Counted from the first letter of the stretch, positions 30,538 through 40,081 are shown. The stretch is 64,000 nt of DNA from an uncultured Alphaproteobacteria bacterium (GCA_963809985.1 CAWELW010000002.1:120395-184394); one strand, 5' to 3'. Numbers and translations are program-made. Notes: a model not told the origin generated them from the letters alone.

Positions 30538-31197
30538 TCACGCCACCTTTTTCGTTGCCTTGTCAGTCTGTCCGAGGCGGCCGAGCCGTCTTTTCAAAGA
30601 GGTCCACAAGAGCCGCATTTCGTCCGCGGCCTTGCCGTTTGGATCGATTTCCGTCACGCCCATGCCTTCGCGCGCGGCTTCCTGGTAGTCGACGCGCGAG
30701 GCGATCAGAGGCCGCAACAAGCCACCCATGGCTTCGAGCGCCGCGGCGCCGTCTTGGACGCGTTGGCTCGCCTGCATGGCAGGGCATTGGTTCAAGACGA
30801 ACACATAGTCCTTGCTCGAGGTCTTGAGTTTGCCGCGGGCAATTTCGCTCGACCAGATGTCGAAAATGGTCGGTCGCGCGGGAATGATGCAAAGATCGGC
30901 CATGGCTATGGCTGCATCCGCCGCCGGCGTATCGACGGCCGGCGTGTCGACGATCGTGAGCGTGACTTGGCCCTTGGCGAGGGCGGCCAGTGCGGAGGTG
31001 AGCTTGGCCGCCGAGACGGCTTCGACCGGCAGCTCCTTATCCTGTCTCCGATGACCCCATTTCACCAAGGATTTTTGCGGGTCCATGTCGATGATGAAGA
31101 CACGCTCGCCGGCATCACGGGCGGCAACGGCGAGGCAAGCAGCAAGCGTACTTTTGCCCGAACCACCCTTTTGATTGATGAAAGCGATCGTGCGCAT
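30538..31197 (-). CDS. Small ParA/MinD-superfamily ATPase (type Ib ParA-like), copy 2
   Basis: MRTIAFINQKGGSGKST, DMDPQKS, IVDTP; 219 aa. 141/219 identical to copy 1 in an ungapped hand alignment. ATG 31197 with AAGG 8 nt upstream. Confidence 0.88.
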   Translation of the reverse strand: MRTIAFINQKGGSGKSTLAACLAVAARDAGERVFIIDMDPQKSLVKWGHRRQDKELPVEAVSAAKLTSALAALAKGQVTLTIVDTPAVDTPAADAAIAMADLCIIPARPTIFDIWSSEIARGKLKTSSKDYVFVLNQCPAMQASQRVQDGAAALEAMGGLLRPLIASRVDYQEAAREGMGVTEIDPNGKAADEMRLLWTSLKRRLGRLGQTDKATKKVA

Positions 31198-31315
31198 TCG
31201 GTGAACCTTGGCAAGTCGATCCCAAATCGGGGAAATCTTCCCACCAATTCTCAACGAAAACCTTTACCAAGTGCTAACATTGCAGTGCCCGCCCATTGTT
31301 TTGCACCGCACGAAG

Positions 31316-31338
31316 CCCAAATTCACACCCAAGTTCAC
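31316..31338. repeat. Tandem 11-mers CCCAAATTCAC / CCCAAGTTCAC in the parA-like / rarA divergent spacer
   Basis: Copies at 31316-31326 and 31328-31338. A related inverted copy, GGTGAACCTTGG, lies at 31200-31211. Confidence 0.7.
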
Positions 31339-31342
31339 GACA

Positions 31343-32653
31343 ATGTCCGATCTCTTTTCCGCCGCCGGCCTTGCTCGAGATGTGCCGCATCCGCTCGCCG
31401 ATCGGCTGCGGCCGCAAACGCTCGGCGATGTCGCCGGGCAAGATCATCTCTTGGGTCCCGACGGCGCTTTGACTCGCCTCCTGCACGCGCGGTCGATCGG
31501 CAGTCTGATCTTTTGGGGGCCGCCGGGGACGGGCAAGACCACTGTGGCGCGGCTCTTGGCCCGCGAGACGAAGCTCGCACTGGTGCAGATCTCGGCGATC
31601 CATTCCGGCATTGCCGATCTCAAGAAAGTCTTCGAAGAGGCGCGCAAGCGACGTGCGACCGGGCAGGGGACCTTGCTGTTCGTCGACGAGATTCACCGTT
31701 TCAACCGCACCCAGCAGGATAGTTTCCTGCCGGTTGTCGAGGACGGGACGATCACTTTGATCGGCGCGACGACGGAAAATCCGAGTTTCGAACTCAATGC
31801 GGCGCTTCTGTCGCGCGCGCGTGTCCTGACATTCCGGCCCCTCGATGAAGCAGCACTCGAAAAGCTCCTGCAGCGGGCCGAAGCGATCGAAGGCAAGCCA
31901 TTGCCGCTCGACCGCGAAGCGCGGGACGCCTTGCTGGGCATGGCCGACGGGGACGGCCGTGCGGCGCTGTCGCTCGCCGAAGAGGTCTGGCGCGCCGGTC
32001 GCGAGGGCGAAACCTTCGATAAGGGCGGCCTTGTGTCGGTCGCGCAAAGGCGCGCGCCGATCTATGACAAGGCGCAAGAGGGTCATTACAATCTGATCAG
32101 CGCTTTGCATAAGTGTGTGCGCGGCTCGGACCCGGATGCGGCGCTGTATTATCTCGCCCGCATGCTCGATGCCGGCGAAGATCCATTGTTTCTCGCCCGC
32201 CGGATCATACGCATGGCAGTGGAGGACATCGGGCTTGCCGATCCGCAAGCGCTCGTCGTCGCCACGGCGGCCAAGGAGGCTTATGATTTCCTCGGCTCGC
32301 CGGAGGGCGAATTAGCACTTGCCAATGCCGTGATCTATGTTGCCACCGCACCGAAATCGAATGCCGCCTATGTGGCCTATCAACGAGCGGCGCGGCTCGC
32401 CAAGGAGCATGGCTCGCTGATGCCGCCGAAAGTCATCTTGAACGCCCCGACCAAGTTGATGAAGAGCGAGGGCTATAGCGAGGGCTACGTTTACGACCAT
32501 GACACGGCGGAGGCTTTCTCGGGCCAGGATTATTGGCCGGACGCGCTCGGCCGCCAGGAGGTCTATGAACCGGCCGACCGCGGCTTCGAACGCGAAATCA
32601 AGAAACGCCTCGATTATTGGAAGAGATTGCGCAAGGAACGCCAGCGGCTGTGA
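31343..32653 (+). CDS. rarA: Replication-associated recombination protein A (AAA+ ATPase RarA/MgsA)
   Basis: MSDLFSAAG..., 436 aa. Walker A GPPGTGKTT, LFVDEIHRFN, ATTENPSFELN. ATG 31343 chosen inside ORF 31208-32653. Confidence 0.93.
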   Translation: MSDLFSAAGLARDVPHPLADRLRPQTLGDVAGQDHLLGPDGALTRLLHARSIGSLIFWGPPGTGKTTVARLLARETKLALVQISAIHSGIADLKKVFEEARKRRATGQGTLLFVDEIHRFNRTQQDSFLPVVEDGTITLIGATTENPSFELNAALLSRARVLTFRPLDEAALEKLLQRAEAIEGKPLPLDREARDALLGMADGDGRAALSLAEEVWRAGREGETFDKGGLVSVAQRRAPIYDKAQEGHYNLISALHKCVRGSDPDAALYYLARMLDAGEDPLFLARRIIRMAVEDIGLADPQALVVATAAKEAYDFLGSPEGELALANAVIYVATAPKSNAAYVAYQRAARLAKEHGSLMPPKVILNAPTKLMKSEGYSEGYVYDHDTAEAFSGQDYWPDALGRQEVYEPADRGFEREIKKRLDYWKRLRKERQRL

Positions 32654-32739
32654 CGAGGGAACCGGGCGTTCGCGAACGACGCTTGCGCACTAAGCCAGTC
32701 GATTTCTCCACACTAGCTCACTAGGTTGCGAGTGCTCCC

Positions 32740-33780
32740 GTGAACGTGCAAACCTTGAAAGTCAGCGAAGACGAAGAGGGCATGCGGCTCGACCGCTGGT
32801 TCAAGCGGCGGCTGCCGTCATTGTCGTTGTCGCATTTGAACAAGATCGTCCGCACCGGGCAAGTGCGTGTCGACGGTGCACGGGTCAAGACGGCGACGCG
32901 TCTTTCGGCTGGCCAATGTGTGCGGGTTCCGCCTCTCGAGGTTGCGCCGCCGCCGGCGAAGCCGGAGATATCGCTCGAAGACCAAACCGCATTGCGCGCG
33001 ATGATCCTCTATGAGGATCGCGACCTCATCGTGCTCAACAAGCCGTATGGGCTCGCGGTCCAGGGCGGCTCCGGCACCAAGCACCATATCGACGCCATGC
33101 TCGCCTCCTTGCCGAATGAGCGCGGCGATCGTCCCGTCCTCGTCCATCGCCTCGACCGCGATACGTCCGGCGTTCTGCTTGTCGCCAAGACGAGGCGGAT
33201 TGCCGCCGATCTCGGCGAGATCTTCCGCTCGCGCCAGGCTCAGAAGATCTATTGGGCGCTGGTCGAAGGCGTGCCGAAACCGGCGCAAGGCCGCATTTCG
33301 CTTTATCTGGCCAAAGGGGAAGCAATGGGCGATGTGCGGCCGAAATACGTTGGCGGAGATCGCGCTGCAGTCGAGAAAATGCGCATCGCCAAACATGGCG
33401 AGGAGGATGCGCAGCATTCGGTGACCTATTATACGATCGTCGACAAGATCGCACCGCGGCTCGCTTGGCTTTCTCTAAAGCCGATCACCGGACGGACGCA
33501 TCAATTGCGCGCCCATTGCGAAGCGATCGGCCACCCGATCATCGGCGATCCGAAATATCGCGGCGATCGGAAAGATCCACGCCGTCTCGATCCATTGCGC
33601 GGCATTCCCGACGCCGTCGAGCACAAATTGCATCTCCTCGCGCGTCGTATCCTTCTGCCGCACCCGAGTGGCGGCATCCTCGATGTCACGGCGCCTTTGC
33701 CGCCGCATATGAAAAAAAGCTTCGACATGTTCGGCTTCGACGTGAAGCACTATGATCCGATCGTGGCCGCGCCGGAATAG
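32740..33780 (+). CDS. RluA-family 23S rRNA pseudouridine synthase (RluC/RluD-like) with an N-terminal S4-like domain
   Basis: 346 aa, catalytic HRLDRDTSGVLL motif. GTG start; the exact start is uncertain. Confidence 0.9.
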   Translation: MNVQTLKVSEDEEGMRLDRWFKRRLPSLSLSHLNKIVRTGQVRVDGARVKTATRLSAGQCVRVPPLEVAPPPAKPEISLEDQTALRAMILYEDRDLIVLNKPYGLAVQGGSGTKHHIDAMLASLPNERGDRPVLVHRLDRDTSGVLLVAKTRRIAADLGEIFRSRQAQKIYWALVEGVPKPAQGRISLYLAKGEAMGDVRPKYVGGDRAAVEKMRIAKHGEEDAQHSVTYYTIVDKIAPRLAWLSLKPITGRTHQLRAHCEAIGHPIIGDPKYRGDRKDPRRLDPLRGIPDAVEHKLHLLARRILLPHPSGGILDVTAPLPPHMKKSFDMFGFDVKHYDPIVAAPE

Positions 33781-34028
33781 GGCAGTGTGGCGGTCGAGAC
33801 CTTTGATCGATCTAACTTGCAAGAGCGAAATGACAATTGGTCTGGTCGAAGCTTGCGGTGAAGCGATCAAAAATGAATTTTGTGTCATTGGAATTGCGGC
33901 ATGTGACCATTCACGATGCGTTCACGCGAAGGGCGCAATGGTCCCGCCTCGATCGGCATCGCCCGGACCGGCCTCTCAATCGAGTACTGATCCGCCAGCG
34001 CCGGTCGTTCTCTCAATGAAGTCATCAC

Positions 34029-34409
34029 GTGAAGACATTCGCCGCTTTACTCTTGGCCGGCATGCTCGTTGCCGGGCCGGCCTTTGCTCAACAAAATCCC
34101 CCGCCTGCCGCAACCCCGCCCGCTCAGGAAACCAAGCCTGCGGCTCCCGAACTCACCAAATCCGGCAAGCCCAAGGCGAGAGACGTGCGCGAGGATTGCC
34201 GCGCTGAGGCCAAGACGCAAGGTCTCAAGGGCGCGGAACGCAGAAAAGCCGTGGAAGATTGTTTCATCAAGGCGCGGCCAGATCTTGCCGCAAAGGAAAA
34301 GGCAAGGGCAGCCGTGAAGGAGGAATGCCGGCAAGATCCGAAATTGAAAGATATGGATAAAGACGCACGCAAGGCCGCCATCAAGGAATGCGTCAAGAGC
34401 AAGAAATGA
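34029..34409 (+). CDS. Secreted PsiF-repeat-like small protein
   Basis: GTG start with signal peptide MKTFAALLLAGMLVAGPAFA. Contains the repeat C..EAK.QGLKG.ERRKAVEDCF.K, resembling the PsiF repeat (recalled from memory). Confidence 0.7.
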   Translation: MKTFAALLLAGMLVAGPAFAQQNPPPAATPPAQETKPAAPELTKSGKPKARDVREDCRAEAKTQGLKGAERRKAVEDCFIKARPDLAAKEKARAAVKEECRQDPKLKDMDKDARKAAIKECVKSKK

Positions 34410-34429
34410 GGCGTCAGCGGGACCCATTT

Positions 34430-34447
34430 CACATTTGCCGAAATGTG
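34430..34447. repeat. Inverted repeat CACATTT-GCCG-AAATGTG downstream of the PsiF-like gene
   Basis: Perfect 7-bp arms 20 nt after the stop codon. No T-tract follows. Function unknown. Confidence 0.6.
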
Positions 34448-34850
34448 GACACGCGTCATCGCTTCACGGTGAAAAGCACAACAAGCCTCGAACACTAGCT
34501 CGCCGGCTCATCATGACCGCCCCCGGGATCACAGTCCGGGGACGGCCATTAGCAAATCCTGCCGCGCTCTACCGAGATAATCGCCGGATTGCGGCTCAGT
34601 CACAGATTAAGGCTGTTGCCGCGCCCGCGAGCCAAGCAGCACCACGGCGTTCAAGCCTTTGCCATAGACTTCATCCAGCACCGCCCTGAAGCGCGTAACG
34701 ATGGGATTGTTTGATGCTTTTTCATTCATCGGCAATGCACAGTGCAAACTCGCAGCAAGCGCCGCTTGCGTTGCTCTTTGATATCAAGGAAAAACGGTAC
34801 CCCGCGAACCCACTCCCCGTGCGAATGATTCTTACCGATCGGGACATGTT

Positions 34851-36767
34851 CTAGGTGTCTGGCTTGATTTCCAGAATCCTCTCGACGCTGAACAGCCGTT
34901 CTTCTTTGCTCGTCAGACAAAACGCTTTCATGCCGAGGAATTCCTTATCCTTGAAAATCTCCTGCCCCAGCGTGCGCGGATAGACCGAACGCATTGTTTT
35001 CTCTCCATCGCCTTTCAGATAGACGATATCGATGCGCGCGCAATCGCGGATCGCGCGTTCAATCAGAGCGATGGTGCCGTTCCCGCTTTGCGGCGGTGTG
35101 GTTTCGGCGGCGCAGCGTTCTATGCAACGTTCCATGAAGCCGTGGATGCGCGGATCAATATGGATATGCTGGCGCTTGATCGGCGTTTTGAGCGTGATGC
35201 CCTCAAACGCAGTGCAGCGGCTGAGCGCGACATAGACTTGCCCGCCCGCGAACGCGCCGGCGCCGATATCGATCGTCACGCGCTCGAAAGTCTTGCCCTG
35301 GCTCTTATGGATCGTCACCGCCCAGGCGAGGCGGAACGGATATTGCTCGAATGTGCCGACCGGCTCGGATTGAATTTGATTATCAGCGAGCACGAAATGA
35401 TAGACTTCCCATTTATGCGGATAGACTTTGACCGCCTCGTCGCGGTCTTGCAGATTGACGCTCACGAATTCGCGGCCCGATTCATCCTCCTGAACCGAAG
35501 CGATCACGCCGATGCTGCCATTGACCCAGCGCCCGTCGCGGTCGTTGTTGAGCAGCATGATCTGCGCACCCGGCTTGAACGACAATTCGGGCGCCGCCGG
35601 GAAATAGTCGCGCCCGAAATCGCCCTGCACATCGGCAGTCGCATGATAGGTTTTGCCGCGCAGGGCCGCCAGATGCGCGCCGTTGATATCGTCGGCGCGC
35701 AGGTTCGTAGCCGTCAGCGTGATCGAAAAACGCGCATCCTCGAGCGCCGAGGCGGGACCATAACGGCTGTTCAGAAGCGCGATATCATCCGCCGTCACCG
35801 TGTCGTTGCGCACGCGGTTGAGCAAAGCGACGAAGGCGCGGTCTTTCTGGCGGTAGACTTTCTCGAGCTCGATCACCGGAAAAGAAAAATCACGCAATGC
35901 ATGCGCGCTGAAGAAATAGGGCGTCTCGTAATACTCGCTGAAAATCGCGCGATCCTGCGATCCCACGACCGGCGGCAATTGGTAGAGATCACCGATGAAG
36001 ATCATCTGCACGCCGCCGAACGACTGCCCCGGATGCGGGCCGTGCAGGCGCAGGAAAGCTTCAACGCAATCGAGGACATCGGCACGCACCATCGATATTT
36101 CGTCGATCACGATGGCATCGATTTTCTTGTAGAGCTTGGGATTGCGAATTTTGCGGCGGGACGCGACTTTCTGCGGCGTCACATCGATCGTGAAGCGGAA
36201 GAAATGATGGATCGTCTGCCCGCCGACATTGAGCGCGGCGATGCCTGTCGGCGCCAGCACGACGAGATTCTTTTTGGTATGGCGGCGAAAATGCCTCAGC
36301 AGAGTCGATTTGCCGGTGCCCGCCTTGCCGGTGATGAAAAGCGATTGATCGGTATCCGTCATCAGCCGCAGCGCTTCGCCGAAACGCGGATTGATCTCGG
36401 CGGCGGTTTCTTCTTCCTGCGGCTTGCGGGAAATTTTCATCGCCGCGCGCGCGACCGCTTTTTCGGCGCGTTTCTGCGCCGCCGCCGTCGGCGCATAATC
36501 CGGGCGCGGTTCGATGACCTTACCGTCTTCGTCCAGCAGCCCGAGTTTTTTCAAATGAGATCGGATGCCGCCCGGCGTGCGCGCATGTGCGGCGGCAAGA
36601 GCGGCCTCGCTTTCGCCCGCGACGAATGCGGCATAGAGCCACCGCTCCTCCTCTTCGTTCCAGGGGAGGCCGTGACGCGCAGGCTTTTCAGGTTCTGGCG
36701 CTTCGGTCATTTGGCGGACGCAAGTGTTGTCGATATGTTTGTAGACCGCCGATAGGGCGCGGGGCAC
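34851..36767 (-). CDS. Pif1-family SF1B DNA helicase with N-terminal HTH-like region and C-terminal WYL-like domain
   Basis: Motifs GKAGTGKST, VLAPTGIAA, VIDEISMV, GDLYQLPPV, TIHKSQGKTF and YVALSRC. The C-terminal IDIVYLKGDGEKTMRSVYPRTL...FCLTSKEERLFSVERILEI matches the WYL pattern. Start is GTG 36767 or ATG 36710. Confidence 0.88.
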   Translation of the reverse strand: MPRALSAVYKHIDNTCVRQMTEAPEPEKPARHGLPWNEEEERWLYAAFVAGESEAALAAAHARTPGGIRSHLKKLGLLDEDGKVIEPRPDYAPTAAAQKRAEKAVARAAMKISRKPQEEETAAEINPRFGEALRLMTDTDQSLFITGKAGTGKSTLLRHFRRHTKKNLVVLAPTGIAALNVGGQTIHHFFRFTIDVTPQKVASRRKIRNPKLYKKIDAIVIDEISMVRADVLDCVEAFLRLHGPHPGQSFGGVQMIFIGDLYQLPPVVGSQDRAIFSEYYETPYFFSAHALRDFSFPVIELEKVYRQKDRAFVALLNRVRNDTVTADDIALLNSRYGPASALEDARFSITLTATNLRADDINGAHLAALRGKTYHATADVQGDFGRDYFPAAPELSFKPGAQIMLLNNDRDGRWVNGSIGVIASVQEDESGREFVSVNLQDRDEAVKVYPHKWEVYHFVLADNQIQSEPVGTFEQYPFRLAWAVTIHKSQGKTFERVTIDIGAGAFAGGQVYVALSRCTAFEGITLKTPIKRQHIHIDPRIHGFMERCIERCAAETTPPQSGNGTIALIERAIRDCARIDIVYLKGDGEKTMRSVYPRTLGQEIFKDKEFLGMKAFCLTSKEERLFSVERILEIKPDT

Positions 36768-36981
36768 GAGCCATTCTACCTTCCCTTCAATGATCGCGAA
36801 AGATGTGTAATCACGCTAGAGACGCGCTTCGACCAATCCGAATAAATCAGAACCTTTGGGAACGCCTAAGCAGCTGTTGGCCGATTTGAGCAGATGAGCC
36901 GGCCCAGCATCTGGCCATCGACGCACCCTAAACACCGACTGCGCAGACGCTGCCCTTGGATCTCACCTCTGCTGTGTTAAA

Positions 36982-36991
36982 CTGTGCACAG
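36982..36991. promoter_or_regulatory. Palindrome CTGTGCACAG 24 nt upstream of the RHH gene (candidate autoregulatory operator)
   Basis: Perfect 10-bp palindrome in the helicase/RHH divergent spacer. The operator role is inference only. Confidence 0.25.
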
Positions 36992-37014
36992 TCAAGTCAC
37001 ATGAGCCCGACTCG

Positions 37015-37260
37015 ATGGAAAGCACCGCTCTCACCGTGCGTCTGCCGCCCGAGGTCAAGGCTCGGCTCGGCAAGCTAGCGCAGCTCATGCAGCGCACCAA
37101 GTCTTTCCTGGCTGGCGAGGCGATTGCCGATTTCGTCGCACGCGAACATGCAATCGTCGAAGCCATCGAGCGCGGCATGAAGGATGCAAAAGCCGGTCGC
37201 GTGTCGCCGCATGACGATGTCGTTCGCGAGACGAAAGCGATCCTCAAAGCCGCGAAGTGA
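37015..37260 (+). CDS. Ribbon-helix-helix (CopG/ParD-like) antitoxin-type DNA-binding protein, with no adjacent toxin
   Basis: 81 aa. LTVRLPPEVKARLGKLAQLMQRTKSFLAGEAI has the RHH pattern. The C-terminal ...DAKAGRVSPHDDV... is typical of antitoxins paired with RelE/ParE toxins. Confidence 0.8.
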   Translation: MESTALTVRLPPEVKARLGKLAQLMQRTKSFLAGEAIADFVAREHAIVEAIERGMKDAKAGRVSPHDDVVRETKAILKAAK

Positions 37261-37293
37261 GGCGGTCCTCGTCCCATTTGCCCATCATCGTCT

Positions 37294-40081
37294 TCACCCG
37301 CTGTTGCGCAGTCCCGCCGAAATGCCGTTGATCGCCAGCTGAATGCCGCGCAGCAAAGTCTCGTTTTGCGGGTCGGCGCGGTGCAGTTTCAAGAGCTCGA
37401 TCTGCAAGTGATTGAGCGGGTCGAGATAGGGCACACGCATGCGCAACGACCTATCGAGCAAAGGACTGTCCTGCAGCAATTCCTTCTGTTCCGTGATAGC
37501 GAGGAGCGCGTCGATCGATTGCGTCCATTCGGCGCGGATGCGGCCGAAGATCGTGTCGCGCAGCGCCTTGTCGGGCACGAGTTCGGCATAGCGCGACGCG
37601 ATCCCGATATTGCTCTTCGCCAGCACCATTTCCATGTTCGACAAGAGCATGCGAAAGAACGGCCAGTCCCGATACATGGCCTGCAGCTGCGCGAGGTCTT
37701 CACTTTTGGCGAGCCAGGCGGCGCATGCGGTGCCGAAACCGTACCAGCCGGGCAGCATCAGCCGGCATTGAGCCCAGGAAAACACCCAGGGAATTGCGCG
37801 CAGATCGTCGATCCGGCGCGCCTTCGTCCGCGACGCCGGACGGCTGCCGAGATTGAGGCTCGAAATCTCGTTGATCACCGTCGAAGACCAAAAATAGGTT
37901 TCGAACTCTGGCGTCTCGTAAACGAGGGCTCGATAGGCCGAAAACGCGATCTTCGACAGGTCCTCCATCGTTTCGAGATAGGCTTTACGCGGCGGATCGC
38001 GCTGCGGCGAAAGCAGCGAGGCTTCGAGCGTCGCGGACACGAATATTTCGAGATTGCGGCGCCCGACGTCCGGGTTCGAGTATTTGCTCGAAATGATCTC
38101 GCCTTGCTCGGTGACACGGATCTGGCCGCCGACGGCCCCCGGCGGCTGCGCCAGGATTGCGTCATAGCTCGGCCCGCCGCCGCGGCCGACCGAGCCGCCG
38201 CGGCCGTGAAAGATCCGCAGCTTGACCCTGTGCTTGCGGAAGACTTCGATGAGTTCGATCTGGGCTTTGTAGAGTTCCCAGCCCGAAGTGATGAAGCCGC
38301 CGTCCTTGTTGCTGTCGGAATAGCCGAGCATGATTTCTTGGATGTCGCCGCGGCTCGCCACGAGCCGGCGATAGGCCGGCAGTGTGAAGGCTTCATCCAT
38401 CACGGCGGCGCAGCGGCGGAGATCTTCGATCGTTTCGAAGAGCGGCGCAATATCGATTTCGCTGCGGCCCGCGGCGGAGACGAGGCCGACCTCTTTCAGA
38501 AGGACCGCGAGCTCGAGAAGGTCGGAGACCGATTCGGCCTTGGAAATGATCGAGGTGCGGATGATCTCGCCGCCATAGATGCTGCGTGCCGTCGCTGCCG
38601 CGTGGAAGAGCGCGAGTTCCTTTTGGGTTTCTTCCGAATAGAGCAGGAAGGGTGAGGCGAGCGGCCGCGGCGTTGCGAGTTCATCCGCCAGGCAGGCGAC
38701 CCGGGCTGCCTCTGCAAGGCCTGCGTACTTGATTCCCGGCGCCGCAGCCTCCAAAAGTTCGGCGATCGTGCGCGCGTGCACGGCCGAATTCTGGCGCAGA
38801 TCGAGGCTCGCAAGATGAAAGCCGAAACAATCGACCGCGCGGCGCAGGCTCTTGAGGCGTCCGCCGGTCAAGATCCGTGCACGGTTGTCGCGCAGCGAGC
38901 GATCGATGATGTCGAGATCTCGTGCAAGCTCGGATGCATTGGAATAGGGGGGCAGGGTCGCCTCCAGCGCCCGGCGCGGATGCTCGGCGTCGATCCCGGC
39001 GAGCGTAGCCGCGATCCGCGCGCGAATGGCAGAAATCGCCCGCCGGTAGGGCTCGGCGATCCGGTGCGGCGAGGAATCAGGCGACATTCTCGCCAGCGCA
39101 TATAGGTCTTCAGAAACAGGAACGATCTCGGTGCTGATCGAAAGCTCTTCGGCGAGCTTTCCGAGCTGCTCGAAATAGTGTTCGAGGATGCGTGTGCCAT
39201 GCATTTGGGTCGACTGCCGCAGCACCAAGGAATCGACGTTGGGATTGCCGTCGCGGTCGCCGCCGATCCAGCTGCCGAGCCGGAGAAAGGAGGGGATTTC
39301 CGAATCGTCGGCAGAATCGACGAGATCCGCCGCGGCATGATCTTGCAAAAGGCGCTCGACATCCTGATAGAGCAGTGGCACTTCGCTGAGGAACGTATAG
39401 TCGTAGTAAGAGAGCCCATTGGCCACTTCATCGGCGACCGTGAGGCGGGTGCGGCGCAGAAGGCTGGTTTGCCAAAGCAGCAGCATGGCACGGCGCAATT
39501 TGTCTTCAAGTTCTCTTTCTTCCCGGTGCGAGAGCACGATGCGGTCACGCTTGTCGAGCAGACCCGCAATCGCCAATTCGCGGGTCATCGTGCTCTTGCG
39601 GCGCACTTCGGTGGGATGTGCCGTGAGGACCAGGCTCATAAAGGCGGATTCGACGAAATCGGCGCAGTTCGACCGGGCCGAGCCCTGCCTCTCGCGCCCG
39701 CTCGAAGGCGCGGGCGAGCGTGCCCGGCTGCGGCGAAAGGCCGGCCATCGCCTGTTGTCGCAGATTGCGAATGAGCTGCTGATCTTCGGCAATGTTCGAC
39801 AGATGCGAGAAATAGCTGTAGGCGCGCACGATCTGGAAGGATTGGACTGGCGTCAGCTTGGCCAGGATGGTTTCGAGCTCATGCCGTGCTGCTTCCTCGC
39901 CGTCGCGATGAAAGCGGACCGAGGTCTGCCTTATGGTTTCGACGAGTTCGTAAATCTCGTCGCCTTCCTGCTCGCGCACATTGTCGCCGAGCAGGCGGCC
40001 GAGGAGTCTTATGTCATCTCTCAGGCGCGGATCCGGCCCGGGCTCGAGGCCCAAGTCCCGGTGGTCGGTTCTTGTGTTCAT
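37294..40081 (-). pseudogene. ppc: Phosphoenolpyruvate carboxylase, frameshifted as sequenced (one extra nt near 39660-39665)
   Basis: The N-terminal part is in ORF 39545-40093 (MNTRTDHRDLG...LGPVELR). The rest is in ORF 37294-39792 ([23 protein letters not shown]...[10 protein letters not shown]). The span is 2788 nt (3n+1). Confidence 0.9.

Noticed and set aside
30469-31722. A 417-aa + strand ORF spanning ParA-like copy 2 (antisense) and the start of rarA (out of frame)
   Set aside because: It crosses two well-supported genes and an intergenic region, and its translation has no family resemblance.
35088-36755. A 555-aa + strand ORF covering almost the entire helicase gene
   Set aside because: It is antisense to a gene with a full set of Pif1 motifs. 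Its translation is Arg/Asp/Ala-rich with no motifs. This is a high-GC shadow ORF.
37257-37331. A possible truncated toxin ORF starting at the GTG that overlaps the RHH stop codon
   Set aside because: It encodes only 24 codons ([24 protein letters not shown]) with no RelE/ParE-like features, and it lies antisense to the ppc 3' end.
37366-38655. A 429-aa + strand ORF inside ppc. Similar shadow ORFs occur at 56275-57549 (+) over metG/holB and 62423-63631 (+) over the GltS-like gene.
   Set aside because: All are antisense shadows of conserved genes.
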